DNA of 64,000 nt from positions 135,098,001 through 135,162,000 of the forward strand of contig OX597814.1 of assembly GCA_951406725.2 (NCBI GenBank), read 5' to 3'. Of this stretch, positions 62,075 through 64,000 are shown in pieces; the first letter of the stretch is position 1; every line of letters starts with the position of its first letter. The notes under the pieces are model-generated. The model saw only the letters and a list, made by a program, of their open reading frames with translations. It did not search any database and was not told where the DNA came from. Both the position numbers and the translations under genes were made by a program. The DNA comes from Octopus vulgaris. Taxonomy: Eukaryota.

Positions 62075-63293
62075 TATATAAAAATGATAAGAAAATGGAG
62101 ATTTATGACTGACATATTTTAATTTATTAACAATACTATACTATTATAATATAATATAATATAAATATAGATATTGGATTATAATATTTATATTAATATT
62201 TATAATTATACTTATATTATAATAATATGTTGTGTTAATAAATTAAAATGTGTTAGTCTTAAATCTCCATTTTCTTTTCATTTTTGTATATTGAATACAT
62301 ACCCATTTGAATTGTGGAAAAGTTTTTCTCTGCTATATTGGGTATTAAACTGCCAAACCAGTGAAAAATTGGATGGTTCCATCCCTATAGAGGAGATTGT
62401 TTCTCCTTGCATTGGATTTTAATATATATATATATATGGGTGGGGCTTAGCCGTGTAGTTACTCTGTTTTAACTGAATCACAAGACTCTACTGAACCTTG
62501 AAACCAGTGCTGCCATCTCATACAGCTTTGGGCTTTTATTATAAGTGCAGGTGTGACAGTGAGGTAAGAAGCTTGCTTCCCAGCCACAGGGTTCTGGGTT
62601 CAGTCCTACTGCATGGCACCTTGGGCGAGTGTCTTCTACTATAACCTCAGGCTGACCAAAGCCTTGTAAATGGACTTGGTAGACAGAAACTGAAAGAAGC
62701 CCATCGTATATCTATATATATATATGTATATACTTATGTGTGTGTGTGTGTGTCTTTTTGTCTGTGTTTGTCTCTCCACTCCCAATTGATTGACAATTGA
62801 TGTTGGTGTGTTTATGTCCCTGTAACTTAGCAGTTTAGCGAAAGAGACCGATAGAATACTTACTAGGCTTACAAAGAATAAGTCTTGGGGTTGATTTCTT
62901 TGACTAAACCCCTTGAGGGCAGTGCTCCAGCATGGCTATAGACAAATAACTGAAGCAAGTAAAAGAGTGAAAGAGAATACACACACACATGCTAGCTACG
63001 TATCCTGTCATTGCTGAGAAATTTTCACTATAAAATGCCTTTATTTCAATTTTTTTTAATTTCATGTCAGACTATGTCTTCTCTGATGGATAGGCTTCTT
63101 GATCGGAACAATTTCTGCATTATTTGGGGCAATTTATAATATATCAATAAACTAAACTTTTCGTTTTTCCATTTGGGGCATAAATGTAAAGATTTTTCTT
63201 AGCTCACTGCTAATACTTTTGAGGGTTTTTCAAATCTGTTACCCTAATGAAATTCCTTATACACATGCATACACACATACACACTCACAAACT

Positions 63294-63325
<32 letters not shown>

Positions 63326-64000
63326 CACATAGCATGAGCAATATATGTACATAGAGAGTGAGAGAGAGAGTGTCATAAAGATATATAAAGATGGGGAAAG
63401 TTTACAATGAGAAATATGTAAATTGTCGTCAAAGTTTTCAAAATTTTAAAATTAAGTGAAAATTTTAAAATTTGGTATATTGATGTACTTTTTCATGCTG
63501 AATCTAATTAAGTGATTTATCTATTCAATGGAAAATTTAGAAAATTGTTACAGAGGTTTAAAGTTTGATTATTTTTACCCACTTGGAAAACAGTATTTGG
63601 AAGCTAGCATTTTCTGCGTGATAGCTGTCTATCATAAAATGAATGTAAACATTACAACAATAATGTTTTAAACAAAATGAAAGTAATTACATGTCATAGC
63701 AAGCGAGAGAGGTGGGGCAGCAGCATGCATGAAATATATGCATATACAGAAAGTGATAAAAAGTACAGTAAATATATAGAGGTGAAAAGTGTAAAAGAGA
63801 GAGACAGATATAGAGTGGTAAATTTGTTGATCTAAAAGATGAGTTATTTCTCATTGCAAATTATATTTTTTGTTTAATTATAACTAAAAACCTTGGAATG
63901 CAGATTTTGAAAATCAAATCCATTTTTCTTGAGAACTCACTGTTTTGGAGCCTTTCTGTGGTATACCCACATACATACATACACTCTCATTTATATATAT

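Overview
AT-rich, microsatellite-dense animal genomic DNA. The repeat families and intron style look like an Octopus/coleoid cephalopod genome (inference). The main gene is a minus-strand, multi-exon EEA1 (early endosome antigen 1) orthologue. I traced 22 GT-AG exons (45883 down to 1283) that join in frame into 816 codons: an acidic N-terminus, two tandem C2H2 zinc-finger exons, then coiled coil. The start codon is unresolved and the FYVE end lies left of the window. Introns carry RTE and CR1/Jockey-like LINE relics, tRNA-derived SINEs, Tc1/mariner-, hAT- and piggyBac-type MITEs and two decayed Penelope-like (RT + GIY-YIG) retroelements. The most striking unexplained signal is about a dozen type I hammerhead ribozyme motifs (CTGAnGA...GAAAC-palindrome-GTH). 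They occur at the 3' ends of the Penelope-like elements, in the arms of several fold-back elements, as a probable relic in a head-to-head tRNA-SINE palindrome, and as one apparently intact 47-nt hammerhead (46330-46376, minus) inside a ~340-bp retrozyme-like repeat unit ~450 bp upstream of the first traced EEA1 exon. All calls are by eye; no searches or folding programs were run.
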